Notes: generated by a model from the letters alone, not told the origin. A DNA stretch of 61,740 bases, filler included, from Choristocarpus tenellus KU-1152 (GCA_964200185.2; 13 parts of 13 records of this genome joined end to end with filler, not necessarily neighbours in it), one strand, 5' to 3'; shown: positions 11,501 through 24,460, numbered from the whole stretch's first letter. Numbers and translations: made by a program.

Positions 11501-13310
11501 CAATGCAAATGCCCAACATCCCAAAACACATCTACTTGCACTTCAGACACTTGACCCCTGTTAGTAGTTCAAAATACCTTTGATTTGTTGGCAGTTGCGG
11601 AGCATTTCAACAATAATATTGCCCTCCTCTTTGTTGTTGCAGAGGTCCAGTGGTGACCTTCCACAAGCGTCTATGGCACTGAGCACGGAAGGCATGTCTC
11701 AATAGGTTCAGACATGAGGATAAAAGATCAACAAAGTAAGAGACTAACATTGTCAGTATATATTTAGGTTCAATTTCAATGTCTCACCTCACAGATAAAC
11801 TAGTTAACACCAAGTGAATGTAGAGAAGGCAACCTGGTGTTGCATCTTTCCTAGTAGTATGTACTATGTGTAGGTTGTCACTCAGGTCACTCAAACCTTC
11901 ACCAAATTGAGGGCGATTGGCTGGGATGGGGATTTCACGTAGTAGATTATATCTTCAAAATGCATCAAGTAGAGTCTGGAAAACATTGCAAGGTCACTTT
12001 GAAATGATGCTGCTGAAACCTCGAACCAGTGGATACAAATGTAGGCTGAGTCTGTAGTGGTGCAGGAACATCACAACGTATCGTGGGCTTCGTTTTTTGT
12101 GTATTCACAGCTACAACAAAGCACAAGAAAATGTCAAGGCTTAACCCAGTTCGTACCTGTACTCAAGTCATATTGCAATCTCTACTTTGTTAGTCTTTCG
12201 CATGTACACAACAAAAAGTAAGTTACTTCTTCTCCCCACTATTCACTAGTTTGTTTTTTTTCCTTTTGGTGTCAAAATGGTTTCCCATTATGTGGCCGTT
12301 GGTACGCTCTACTAACATGTTGTGAAGTCCACTCTACCCATACTTGCTCTGGGGTTGTTGCCATCCGTACAATGTACCAAAAAATAATGTCAGGAGGTAT
12401 AGGGACCTCGATTAATTACACAGCAAGCTGCAGGGACGTTGGGCATTCGGCACCATGCTTTTTCATCATGGTCCTCGGTATAATATGCTTCGTTCGAACT
12501 TTAGGATCTCGTCACAGGCAGGCACCATGGATAGAAGAGCGAGTCAACCACTGCCAAAACGTCGATGCTCTTAGTCAATCGACAAAGCATACGTGTAGTG
12601 CTCACCCTGCATCAGCTCCGGCTTCCAGCAATGTTTCGACCACCGCATCTTTCCCCCTCTGACAAGCGAGATGAAGGGGCGTGTTTTGTGTTCGGTTACG
12701 CCCATCGACGGCTGCTCCATGGGCGAGAAGAACTCTCACCACGCTATCTCGTCCGTGGAAGCTTGCAACCTCGGTGTTGTCGATCAGTGTTTGGACAGGA
12801 CTGTTGTTACAGGCATCGGTGATGGGCTCTCGTTACGGTCCTGACATGATACCGGCAGTGCTCGAAACGCTATGTCAAAACGAGCTTGACTCGGCTCTAA
12901 ATACACAGACAGTCGAATAGCAGACAGAAGAAGATAGTAGCCGAGGATGATGCTCTGTGGCTTGATCCAGTGATGACTATTGAGACAACGTTAAAGCGAG
13001 TAAGGCGTGCTATCGTCTAAACGAAGAAATTAGACCACGAAATCCCACCAATGCTTGCTTCACCAAGAAAATTCAGGCAGACACAATATAGCATAGCCAT
13101 CACACCTTGACTCACATGTAGCGGTGTACTTCCCCATTGCTTAGCCTCTGGGTCACCTCCACCCAAAAGGTACACCCGTACTGAATCCACCCCCCCCTCC
13201 GCGGCAGCCTGGTGTAGATCACATGGAGCAGGGCATCGAGCTTCCCACCTCACGGTAGTCGTAGGAGTTGGTAGGTCATCGCATGCCAGGCGAATTTCCT
13301 TTTCTTGCAT
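8582..13310 (-). CDS. Multi-exon ankyrin-repeat protein, 3' incomplete. Exons 13310(?)-13116, 12769-12606, 11678-11578, 10337-10195, 9832-9714, 9458-9240, 8765-8582
   Basis: Phase-compatible GT-AG joins give a continuous ankyrin array: DLHQAAAEGG..WGSTPLH|VASFHGRDSVVRVLLAHGA..NTPLHLACQRGK..|AIDACGRSPLDLC..|..QRTLLHRACEE|..HTPLHRACERG..|..RHPLHLAC..YRPLHLS..|..TRPLHISC..GRSPLHIAAMEGWATIVE. Start codon uncertain. Confidence 0.92.
10904..11111 (-). mobile_element. MITE family B copy inside an ankyrin-gene intron
   Basis: Reverse-oriented B body ending gagatactttgagtc; left terminus degenerate. Confidence 0.8.
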
Positions 13311-14472
13311 GAAGTAATAACTTGTTTTCCCCTTACGCTTGTCTTCTACACTGAACGGAGGGTAACTCTTCTGTCCACGATTCACATACTGTTCTTACGG
13401 TTTATTCAGCAGTAAAGCGTACACTATTATGCTGCTACTCCTCCTGTTTTGTTCTGTGATACATCCTTCACCATGTTGAAGATGTTGAAGAATTGTTTTG
13501 AAGTCACAAACAGTTACAGAACCGCCTTCGATGGCTATATAAACTAGATTGCCATGCTTCTACTTCTAATTGCTACTCTTCCAGTAGTACGGTACAGGAA
13601 TATTCCTACTTGTACTATCACAATCGGAACTCCAACAATCGAACCATGAGTGTGATCTGTTTGGGACCTTGCTGCATCCCTGTGACAGCACTGTACCCTT
13701 TACTTCTACTGCTGGTCAAGCCAATTCTCCAACTACTTAAGAGGACACCCATAGGTGCGACGAACCGATCATGGAATCGGGGACCATAATGACCAAATAA
13801 CAAATAAATAATCAAGTAGTACAAATAGACAGGGGTGATTCTCTTTCGACGCAACCTGAAGCATTAGGAGCGAGTCTCCAGTCGCATATAAATAAGTAAA
13901 TCGTACGTGTTCCACAAATTTCCCCACGGGTACTCCTAATGTCAAGTTATTTGAGTGTCTCATATATTGAAGAAGTAAATAACCACCTACTACTTAGCGA
14001 CTCAATGAACAAGAAGTCACTGATATCAGTGGGTCGCCACAGGTCGGTATTTACCAGATCTCGATGCTAAGGGCACCAAGAAATCGAAGAAGAATTGCAC
14101 TAAAGAGGATGCCTGCAATTCATGCCCTGGTGGAGGGAATCTGACTGACGCTGGGAAAACAACAATAGTCAAGGCAGTTCAATCCCAGGAGCAGTGGGAG
14201 GAGATAAGAAGGTGAAAACTTGAGTTGAGAGATGTTTCTGTCACGAGTTGTACATCAGTCAATACCACAATAGATACATCACTTTGAAAATCAAAGGGCT
14301 TCGCCTCTTTTTCAGTACTATTTGAGGTGTTTTTTTTTGTGTTGCCAAAGGTTCAACCTTCAGTAACCTTTGTCATTGACAACGTATTCACAACCAACGC
14401 GCCGTGCTCTCGCCATGCCTTGTACACAAATTTCTTTCATGCATCTGCACAATACATTCCACAACTCTCCGC

Positions 14473-14672
14473 ATGTCAGCCGTGCTCCTCACCTCGATCG
14501 CTTTTGCTCTCCTTGTGGTGGGTGCGATGAATGCTTTCCTCCTACAGCGAACTAAACGCCATTCGTCTTTATTATTTTCTTGTACATGCGGGACTACTCA
14601 CGTGGCTCCTATGGGCGGGGGGGGGGGGGGGCAGGACTGCGCCGGTGTTATTTGTTGACTTCACAGCAGCAT
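14473..14672 (+). CDS. Probable first exon of a secreted or plastid-targeted protein, divergent from the ankyrin gene
   Basis: MSAVLLTSIAFALLVVGAMNA-FLLQRTKRHSS: hydrophobic signal peptide, then F and a basic/hydroxylated stretch, as in the heterokont bipartite ASAF-type signal. Exon end unknown; runs toward the contig end. Confidence 0.45.
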
Positions 14673-14772
14673 NNNNNNNNNNNNNNNNNNNNNNNNNNNN
14701 NNNNNNNNNNNNNNNNTTAATTAATTAANNNNNNNNNNNNNNNNNNNNNNNNNNNNNNNNNNNNNNNNNNNN

Positions 14773-14839
14773 CAAAATTGCAACATTGGATTTTGGCCCC
14801 CAAATGGACACAACTCTACCCTCTAAGATACTTTGACTC
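14773..14839 (+). mobile_element. MITE family A right end (truncated by contig start)
   Basis: caacattggattttggcccccaaatggac...accctctaagatactttgactc. Confidence 0.85.
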
Positions 14840-15084
14840 ATCTTGTACATGCCAAGGTAGTGAAGTTCGAGGAGCGAGGACATGCCCTTGGCATTGCTAT
14901 CTGACGCTCTCGATCCGTGCGCAGCACCATCGGCGCACAGGGGGTCATTGTTGAGCGAATGTTGGACATGGCGAAGATTGGGAAGGTGTGACGGGGATAG
15001 ATAAGAAAGAGCTGATGGTGGTATGTGCGGAAGGGAAGGAATGGAAATGAGGAATGAGGGCTGGGAGGTGCTGTTTTCTTTCAT

Positions 15085-15925
15085 CTGGTCGGTTGGTGCC
15101 CAAAGAACCCAGATTTCTCTTTCCGTTGATAAATGTGTTCTAAAAAATACGAATATCGAACAGTATACGATTTTATATTTAAAACAGATGGAGAGTATCA
15201 GTTTTTTGTGACCTTTTCGTTTCGGAACGTTTCAAACGTATTAGATCAATGAAGTATGTGGTTTGTATTTTTATTTGTTGATATTAAGAATAGAATATTT
15301 TTAATATTTCATAAAAACCCTAATGCACGTGTTTTGGTTGTTCAAGGGTTTCGGGTGGTCCGATGAATCGTCCGAAACTCAAAAACTGCTTTTTGTCGAC
15401 TTTTGTATTTAAAAAAATACAAATCTCGACAAAAAGCGGTTTTAGTATTATAAAACATTATAGGGTACCAGTTTAAGGTGACCTTTTAGTTTCGGAACAT
15501 TGGAAACGTATAAGAACAATAAAGTACGTGCTTTGTATTTTTAAAAATTGTAAGAACGGATATAATCGGATTTATCATTTCTAAAAACCCTAATGCACGT
15601 GTTTTGGCGGTTCAAGGGTTTGGGGTGGTCCGACGGATCGCCCGAAAATCAAAAACCGCTTTTTATCGACATCTGTATTTTTAAAAATACAAATGTCGAA
15701 CAAGATAAGATTTTGTACATAAAACAATTAGAGGGTGTCAGTTTTTTTTCACCTTTTGGTTTCGGAACATTGGACACATACAAGATCAATTAAGTATGTG
15801 CTTTGTATTTAAAAAAGTTGAAATTACGAATATAATAGAATTTTTAATTTCTAAAAACCATAATGCCCGTGTTTTCCGGATCATGGATCTCAGGGTGGTT
15901 CCACGGATCGCCTGAAGCTCAAACA
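15085..15925. repeat. Tandem array of ~3 x 270-bp AT-rich units immediately upstream of the Sola-type transposase
   Basis: Anchor tttcggaac recurs at about 15220, 15490 and 15760; taatgc(a/c)cgtgtttt at about 15321, 15591 and 15861. Confidence 0.9.
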
Positions 15926-16005
15926 TCGTTTGTACGCCCGGCTTCGAATTCAGTTCACTCCTAGACCTTCTCACTGCCCAAGACCGCCTGTTGCCCGAAA
16001 TTTCC

Positions 16006-19000
16006 ATGACAGTTGCTCCCACAGCAAGGGGGTGACTTTTGTCGCCTGCGCCGCCCCCTGTGTTGCCCCCTCATCAGCCCGCCAACAATGATGCGCTGGA
16101 GCTTTCTACCAATGACGCTTCAGCAACCGGCGCCAAGATTCGCCGAGAATGGGCTCAACCCATCCCGGTCAACTAACAGGGTGACTGTTGCAAGCGCTTA
16201 GCCTGTGTGAAGAAGTTTGCAGCAGATAGCGAGTCCTTCCTTGCCCGCACGTTGGCCAAAGAGCAGGACATCATCCAGGCGTGTGAGAACCACCGCAATC
16301 GCAAGCGCTTTGTTGGTGACCATGTACCTATCATTAATTTGGGGCCTAGAGGCGGATCTATGCTCGCGGCCGGCATTCCCGTTTGTACACAGTTTTTCAA
16401 GGCATCGTTCGGAATACCCAATCATGTCATCGACACTTGCAAAGGTACACCTAACACAAGAGCATCCTCTGGCGTGGAGAGGTGGGTTTGATGTATGTAC
16501 TCAGTGTTATTTGTACCCGGTATATTTTCGCCTTCTTGATGATTGAACAGTAGTCCTATCTCAGAACAATGTAATCCGACCGTACTCGCCACATTCAGTT
16601 TGCAGTTACCACGCCTAGATGTTTGATGTAGAAAGTTAGAGATCCCTCCAGCGTGGGGTTATGTGTTACATACATGTGTATGTATATGTGTGATATGTTC
16701 ATTTATGCTTCAACAATATCATCTCATCTGGCCGTCCTTGCGCTGCTACTGCAGTTACCATGCATAAATACCTACAGAATTAGAGATCCGCTGCCGGCCT
16801 ACGATTCCTGTACGATTCCATCCCCCGTCCCTTATATCCACCTCCAACACACTTTCTATCCATATATACATACGTGCGCTACTACAACAGGAAGGGCACG
16901 AACAAAGAGAAGGACATGGCTCCAAAGCGAGACCTGGTGATGTCCTGGATAGACTACTGGGCGGATACGTATGAGCAGTTCATGCCTCACAACACCGCAA
17001 TTGTGATCTACGCCGCGAACAAAGAGGTAGGTTTTGCCCTTGGTTTTGGAGAGGTTGGCCACACCCTGCGTTGGAGTTAGTTGCAAACCGTGTGACCCAG
17101 CAGTACGTAGAAGAAGTGGATTGAAGGAGTATTTCAAGTGGTGGGTGGTTATTACTTTGACCGGTCTGAGATTATGGTTAAAAAAAAATGTGCAGCTTCG
17201 TACGAAGTACTATTTTTTTTCTTTGCAATGTCGAGACTACAATGATGATGATGATACTCTTCGTCGCTTTTACGGAGGAAGGCACAGTAGCTGTTATGTC
17301 ACCGCTGTGTACACCTACTCTGCGGCCCCGGGCCTGGTCTGACCTTGGTAGTAAAAGTGTGTTCTTCGTATGTCTCAAGGACTTCGTGATGATGATGATG
17401 ATGATGGTAGATTCACCTCCTTTACATTTCTGCAAACGGCGGCGAGACCCGAAGAGAATGGCACTCGTGGCAGATTTACAAAGATTATTCTATTTGCTCT
17501 TTCATTACACACGATGTAAGCTTGCTTGATCCTGTCTTCCGTGTTGTCAGTTGAGTTACTGGTCATCCTGCCTTCGAGAGATCATGCAGCGGTGTTCTTT
17601 GAATGTTCCTTCTCAATAATTCCTCACTTGTCCACACAAACAACATTATTAATTAGGAGCTATACAAGGATTTTTGCGAAGAGGCAATGCGGGTGTATCC
17701 TGACGACACTTCCAAGTGGGTAAGCAAGGTGCACTTCCTCCGATTGCTCAGAGAGGACAGGCCCAACATCAGGGTGAGGGTAGAAGGCGATTTTATGAAA
17801 TGTGACATACGTGTCACGTTAAAAGAGAAGTGGCACGGTGCACCCGGTGTAAAACCTACGGACGACTCCACCAACCTCAAGTCCATCGACAAGGAGCTGT
17901 CAGACCATCGAAAGGTAGGTTTCCAGCGTTAAATTTGCGACAATCATACAGTAGCAACATGTTGCCGTCATTGCCCTCCATTGGGAACAACATTTGTTGC
18001 CTTTTGCGAATGAAGACTCCGATGCAGGTGCTTATGGCAGCAGCAGTAGCCTCACTCAGCGCCAAACTGTTGTTATTAGTTGCACAAACACCTTGTGTGA
18101 TGGACTTTTTCCTGGTCGTCTACAACGGGCTGTGGGAGGGACATGTCATGTTGTGGTCTTCCGGCCCCGTACATACGTACTTGCTCCCGTGCCGATAATA
18201 CTCTCTTTGCCTTGAATGCAGCAGTAAAAAATAGGAGCAAAGACAAACATGTATCGTTAACTACACTCGATTTTTGTCACGTATCTGGTACGTGTTAACA
18301 AGTGGCCATTTTTTTCCACCTCTAAGCAGATTTATTTGATTTATAGACGTGATGTTGCTCTCCCCCGTTCGCCAGATTATCCAAGCGGATCGGCTGGTCA
18401 TCGCCAACAACATCAGCAGCGCCATGCGGGCCAAAGCTGACTGTAAACCTCTCGGCTTCGTGTTCATGTCTGTAGACGCGGCGAACCAGACATCCCACGC
18501 CCTCCCAGCACTTTACCCACCTACCCACGGCGGTGACAGGTAACCATACACACGCATAGTCCGTTTGTCAACAAGTTTGCAGCCGCACGCAGAAGAGAAT
18601 AGACCACCCTGTTTTATTGAACGAGTGAGTGCAAAGTCCCAAGAAATAACCGCCAAAACAGACGCACATAATTCCACAACCTATTCCGTTCATCATGATG
18701 ATGACGCCGTGTAACACCTTTCTTTACACCTTTCTTTACACCTTTCTTTGGTCATGTCCTTGTTATCAGGGGCTACTCCGAGCGCCAGAAGATCATGGCC
18801 GCACATGTCGAAGGCCAGTTCGCGGAGGTGTTCTTCACTCCTCCAAATCTTGGAGGAGGTACGTATTGTGGGTTGTGGAACAACAATCTCACGACCGAAT
18901 AGATGCTGGTTGCGCACGCACCACTTGATTGACCGTCATGGTGAGGGGATCCGCCGCAGGCTAGATATCCAAGGACGAGTATATCCTTGCACGATTTGCC

Positions 19001-19756
19001 TACAGATACGGTAGGCCTGGTGAACAGTCAATTAACTGATGATGTGCTGTGCTCCCTTGTCCTCATACACCTCAGCTTCGGAAGGGCGAGAGGAGCATAA
19101 GAGCTAATCAAGGAGGAGGGAAACCGACAGACATCTATATCAGCCAGTCGGGTGTATGTGCTCTACATCGCAAAAACACATTACATTGCCCCTCTTTTTA
19201 GCTCTAAGTAAACAATGTGTAAGTAAGCAGAGTACTATTTGCCAACTAACAACAGACATCATCATCGTTCGCGCAGGTTGTAACCTTGTCTGCACAGACA
19301 CCCACCTTGCCCTCACAAGGCTTATCGACAAGTACCACAACAGCCTCAATCACGTGGGGGGTTGTATCATCCAGCACGCGCATTGGCAAGTAAGAAAGTT
19401 TCGTCTTGAGACGACCTACCTGCGATCTACTCGCCGAATTTAGTGTTGGCTTGTGGGTTGCAACTTGCATGTATGATGGCGATGATGTAGAGCTTGCACT
19501 CTAGCACTACTGGAAACACACCCTGTTTCTCCACGAAATGTGGTTAAACGGGCTGACATATCGGCCTCACGCCTATCCCTCCCTCGCTCCCCACACCCCA
19601 AACTACCCAGTTCGACAACTGCGTCTCAGAGAACAAGAACAATTTCTTTCTCGGATATGCGGGGCTGTTGGTCGCGGTGAATGTCGTTCGTGTGGTCGAG
19701 ATACATTTTATGATGGTAGGGCACACGCACATCAAGATCGATCAGATCTTCTCCAG
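16006..19756 (+). pseudogene. Intron-containing Sola-type (DUF7869-like) DDD transposase, 3' truncated by contig end. Exons 16006-16481, 16891-17026, 17657-17914, 18376-18539, 18770-18858, 19277-19389, 19611-19756
   Basis: All six introns are GT-AG and phase-compatible. The spliced protein has CCKRLACVKKF, GIPVCTQFF, WIDYWADTYEQFMP, FMKCDIRVTLK, FMSVDAANQTSHALP (D1), GGGCNLV, WQFDNCVSENKN (D2) and FMMVGHTHIKIDQIFS (D3). Two in-frame stops in exon 1 (TGA 16033, TAA 16174). Confidence 0.9.
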
Positions 19757-19944
19757 GTAATTAGGCATGCACCGTGAATGCAATCGCCACATGGTGTTTT
19801 TACATGGACAGATACTGCCTTGAGGCTTGCATTTCACGCTTGTTGCCACTCTGGAAGGTTTATGGTCATACACTGCAATTGATTGATTGACTTTTGATTT
19901 CCCCACAACAAAATAGCACGAGAAGGGCAGCTGGCAAAACTGTA

Positions 19945-20202
19945 GAGTCAAAGTGTCTTAGAGGGTAGAGCCGCGTCCGTTTGGGGGCAAAAATCCAATG
20001 TTGCAATGTTTATGTAATTTTGACTATTGTGTTTGTTAGGAACTGCCAATATCCTTGTTCCGGACACACCTTTTCATAGCGTATACCTTTTACCTACTCC
20101 AAAACATTTCGAAGTAGGAAAATGTCATAAAAAACCCGTGGGAAGTCAAGCCCCAAACGGACAAACAGGGCAAAACTCGTACCCTCTAAGATACTTTCAC
20201 TC
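19945..20202 (-). mobile_element. MITE family A, full copy in reverse orientation, just after the donor of transposase exon 7
   Basis: GAGTCAAAGTGTCTTAGAGGGTAG ... TACCCTCTAAGATACTTTCACTC; flanks TGTA/GGTA. Confidence 0.92.
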
Positions 20203-22289
20203 GGTATTGTAACCTGGNNNNNNNNNNNNNNNNNNNNNNNNNNNNNNNNNNNNNNNNNNNNTTAATTAATTAANNNNNNNNNNNNNNNNNNNNNNNNNNN
20301 NNNNNNNNNNNNNNNNNCATAAGTCTATAAAGGAAAATGCAAGCCTAGCCAAATCTCCCACAAAGAGAGTAAGATCTGCCCCCAGCCAACCAGAATTCTC
20401 CCGCCCACAAAACTCAGTTTACTTCATAAACTCTCACTTTAGGTATGAAGGTGAGTAAGTAAATAGTAAATCATTTCTATAGGACAACATATTATTACCT
20501 TAAACATTTTCCAATTGTTTCAACGAAAAACCCAAACCACTATCATAAAGTTTGTAAAAGCAACACTTGTAAAATGTAGAAGATAAACCTATGTAGTGGT
20601 ACCAATAGTTTATGCCTCTGGGGTTGTCCCTTCATAGGTTTTGTTTGATGTAGATATCAGATGAAAAAAATAAAGCACATTGGTGATGCTCGTCACAAGG
20701 CCCTACAGATTACGAGCTTAGTTTTTTTCTTCTCATCATTTTTTCCTTTTATTGAAGAGAGCTCATATATATTAGGGTTCGAACCCTGGATTGTAGGTCA
20801 CCAAAAGTGCCAACAAATACACTATTACTTTATTAAAGTGCAGGGTTTAGGTGGGGAAAAAGCCTCCCCACCCTTTCTTCCTATGTGTTCACACATCCAC
20901 TCTTTGACCTCGGCAAGGATGTCCTTGTCGAAGCCCAGGACGAAACACCTCTAGTCGCGCCCTTGCTCCGACACCTTGATGTGGCTCTTAGTTAGGAAGT
21001 CTCTCCCATTTACTCACAATTTCCAACCTGACCATCGCATATCCTGCTGCCATCTCGAGCACTGTTTGACGGACTTTCCCATCGTTCATGCACAGGTATA
21101 GGATTTGCAGTGTTAGAGCCTTTACTATCACATTTCCTCGTTGAGCGCTGGAAATGGGCGTTGTCCATGTTTCCTGGGGGAGTGATATTTTATCATGAAG
21201 GAGCAAGGGCGAGGGAGGATAGGCTTGAGTTGATCGGAAATTGCATCGATTTCTCAACTTAATGCAGGCTGGGAGAAAGCCTTAATCAACTCTATACGTC
21301 CAACCCCAAGTCCAGGAACAAAAGTAAATGTACAGCATCTTGCAAGAGGTGGGAAACACCAAACCATTGGTGTGCAAATAGTCTCAGTCTCAATCTCACC
21401 TCCTCTTCTTCCCTGTCATCCTCGTCAATGGTTACTTCCACCTGCTTCGCGACCTCTTCTAAGTAGAGGATTTGGTGTTATCAAAAAGTCTCCACAGCTG
21501 CCTTTGTTATGGTTGCTTTCTCCTCCGCCTTGCGAGCCCTTTCGGCCTTCTTTTGGGCTTCATAGCCCTTGTACCCTAACCCTAACATCTTCTTTCTCGT
21601 TTCCTTAAATCACTCCGGCTCACATAGCTTCCAAACATCCAGGGTCTGCTGCAACTGTTGACTACTAAAATATTCTACACCCGGGTTTTCGCTTAGGCGT
21701 TTCATGAACGCAATAGCACGCAGTCGCACTGCTCTTCTCCCCAACCTTCTTTTTGGGCGGTCACTCTGGTTTTCCCTCCGCCCGCCATGACCAGGCTTCC
21801 CTATAGACTTCATCACTGTACCACGTGGCGATGGATTCACTGCTCTCTTCCTGCTTTCCCGAGGCAGCAGAGACTGCAGAGCAGTGCTCTGACACGGTTG
21901 AAGATCCAACCACATTTGTGTGGTAATGCTGTCCATGCATCTTCTCTCAGCACCAATGTCGCAGCCGCGTGATCCATTGCGCGACTTGATTATGCTGCTA
22001 CGCCACAGTACACACACTGTCTCGTCACCTACCATAGCACCGAATGTCATACAGTACTTGTCTTTTTGCCACCTCTCGACAGAGAAGGTGCCAAGGGTAG
22101 ATCCAGGGGGCAGAGTGGCCTCAGCGGCTCTCCTTATCTCACCATCGTGGTGTTGCTGTTGCTTTGTGGGTCACATGTGTGTGTGTGCTCTCAAATAGTC
22201 TGCAAACGGTGCTAAAAAGATGTCCGCAAATCTTGCTTTTTTTTCGTTATTACCACAAGCATTGTGTTTGGGCAGCGGCTGAACCCGAT

Positions 22290-23315
22290 CAGTTTTTGGG
22301 GGGATTTGATGGGCTGCGTCACTAGCCAAATCGGCCACCCCTCAGTTTTCCCTGCCCCTGACAAGATTTCTGAGCTGCCCTTGCTTGTGAGGGGGGTGGC
22401 ACCGTCTTGCTGAACGACAATGTGCTTCCCCTGTAACCAAGGCATCTTGGACCTGATTGCAGGCAGTAACTCCTCCGTGTACCACTTCCTGTACCACAAA
22501 TGGTCTAATATACAGTCCTGCTTACACACATTCTCCTTTTTATGGTTCTTGCTTGTCCTGTCTGCCGTTCTTGGTGCACACACAAACCAAACACCAAGCT
22601 TTCCATCAAAGCTGTGAGCCGAATCTGGGTGGGCATTGGCTGCAATGATCATGGTTTTGGGGATATGACTCTTGTGCTACACAGTAGGGGACCCTGGAAG
22701 GTCGCATCATCCTCATGCAGAAATACCCTAACCCTTTCCCCATCAGCCATCACTTAAAACAAGGTTTCAACCACATGGATCGTGTTCACCATGGAGGCAT
22801 ACACACCACATTTCTAGCCCACTTGATCGCAAACAATGTCCATTCTCCATACCTTTTGCCACAATATAAGCTTGGATTTGATCCAGCGGCAATTCAGCAT
22901 AGCCCCCATATTATCCATCCACCTCTTTATGGTGCTCGTGCAATAATTCAGCCCCTTGGTGGTCATCTTCATTGTCATCTGATGCAATGTGGATGACCGA
23001 TTATTGGAGTTGATACTATGTACTGCGGCCATCTTGGTCAGTGTGAGCTCCGAAGGTCGCCCACTACGTGCCATCACCCCTAGGTGAAGTGAGTCGGCAC
23101 AAGCGAGCTGATCGGCGACTTCCTCCCAGAGCCCTTGCATGTAACTCTTGCTTGGACTCTCCAAACTCCACTGCGAAGGTCGGTCCAATGTGTTGCAGTA
23201 GTTTATGCTCACCAGGGACCATCGTGAGGGTATGCCGCACTGCAAGCACAACCTTGGTATACAGGCACACTTGGGCACCCTTCCTACGCGGGGGAGTCAA
23301 CAGGGGGGTTGCCAT
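22290..23315 (-). pseudogene. Decayed Tc1/mariner transposase of the plant/stramenopile DD39D type
   Basis: Frameshifted motifs NTIHVVETLF (cf. HVDEKWF), HKSHIPKTM, FDGKLGVW, LLPAIRSKMPW..IVVQQDGATP, LVTQPIKSP (cf. QPxxSPDLN). Confidence 0.85.
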
Positions 23316-24460
23316 GCCGACGTTCTGACCCTCAACTTGCCCAGTTCTGGCCTCAAAATCACCGCAAAAGACCCCTATTTTGACGGCTTGAAGCCTCTCG
23401 AGTTTGTACCTGATGATCCTGGATCCCCACCTTTTCTAAAAGTTGAGATTGTCAACCCTATTTCATTCTGTGGGGTTATCATCCGATCCGGTGCTGTTCT
23501 CGTTCAGCGAGCCCAGATGTTTCACAGCACAAGGTTATGGCTCAGAGGAAGTAGTAAGATAGTGTGGACGGTTGCAAACCCATTGCTGTAGGAAGGGTAA
23601 TGGTGCCACCAGTTGTGAGGCCCAAGAGTTGAGTCTGTCGAGAAGCTTGGCGCATGTAAGGCTCGTTGCCAAAAGCTAGTAGTTGAATTACATGGTAAAA
23701 CATACACTGAATTATTAATTACCCACCAGTCATCCATCATCACTGACGTGTGAATGAATGTTGACTTATTACATTTTTATGCACGTTCGTTCTTCTTATC
23801 GTATTATAAACGTACATACAACCTTTGTTATAAACTTGATCAGTACAGATAACGTAAGGATAACACTAGGTTATTCGACAGAGTCAATGGAATTGAGACC
23901 ACAAGCCCCTTGTAACACTAATAATATCTGTTCGCACCAAGCCACATATTGTCCTCTATCATGACACATGTTGATAATCTCTACTGCAGGTCAGTGTGGA
24001 ATACTCCAACATGCTACTGCGAACCGATTATTCCTGGGATGTTGTGCTGAAGTGACAAGACTAGTGTTGCATTATAGCGGCGAACAAGATGCCCACTGGC
24101 ACCGCCACCAAAGTAACAAACCTTCCCAGCTTCGCTGGAAAGCTGGGTGAGGATTTCTTTGCTTTTGCAGTTAGATCTCAAGCTACCCTTGTTGTCTACA
24201 AATGTGAGCTCACTCTTAATGGTCCCAACATAATCTATGGGGAATCAGTCTGCGCAATGTACATGTAATCAAGGCAGAAACTTCCAGCATCAAGTCCAAT
24301 AAGTTCTGCACAGAGTGACAAAGGCAATGAGTTTGCAGCAATAACACCGCCAATCATTCCAGTTGTGGCACCTGTCCATGGACAACAAAGACCTCTGAGT
24401 CATCACTGCAAAGGCCAAGAAAGTTTGGCAGCTGCTACTTATCATGCTGCAGGGCCATAT

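Noticed and set aside
15085-15925. 270-bp periodic array as a CRISPR or integron-like cassette array
   Set aside because: Whole units are homologous along their length; there is no unique cargo between conserved sites.
18693-19951. Minus-strand ORFs as a second gene in the Sola element
   Set aside because: They are antisense shadows of plus-strand transposase exons 5-7.
20950-22050. Possible decayed gag-like or other TE ORF on the minus strand
   Set aside because: No diagnostic motif recognised; too degenerate to call.
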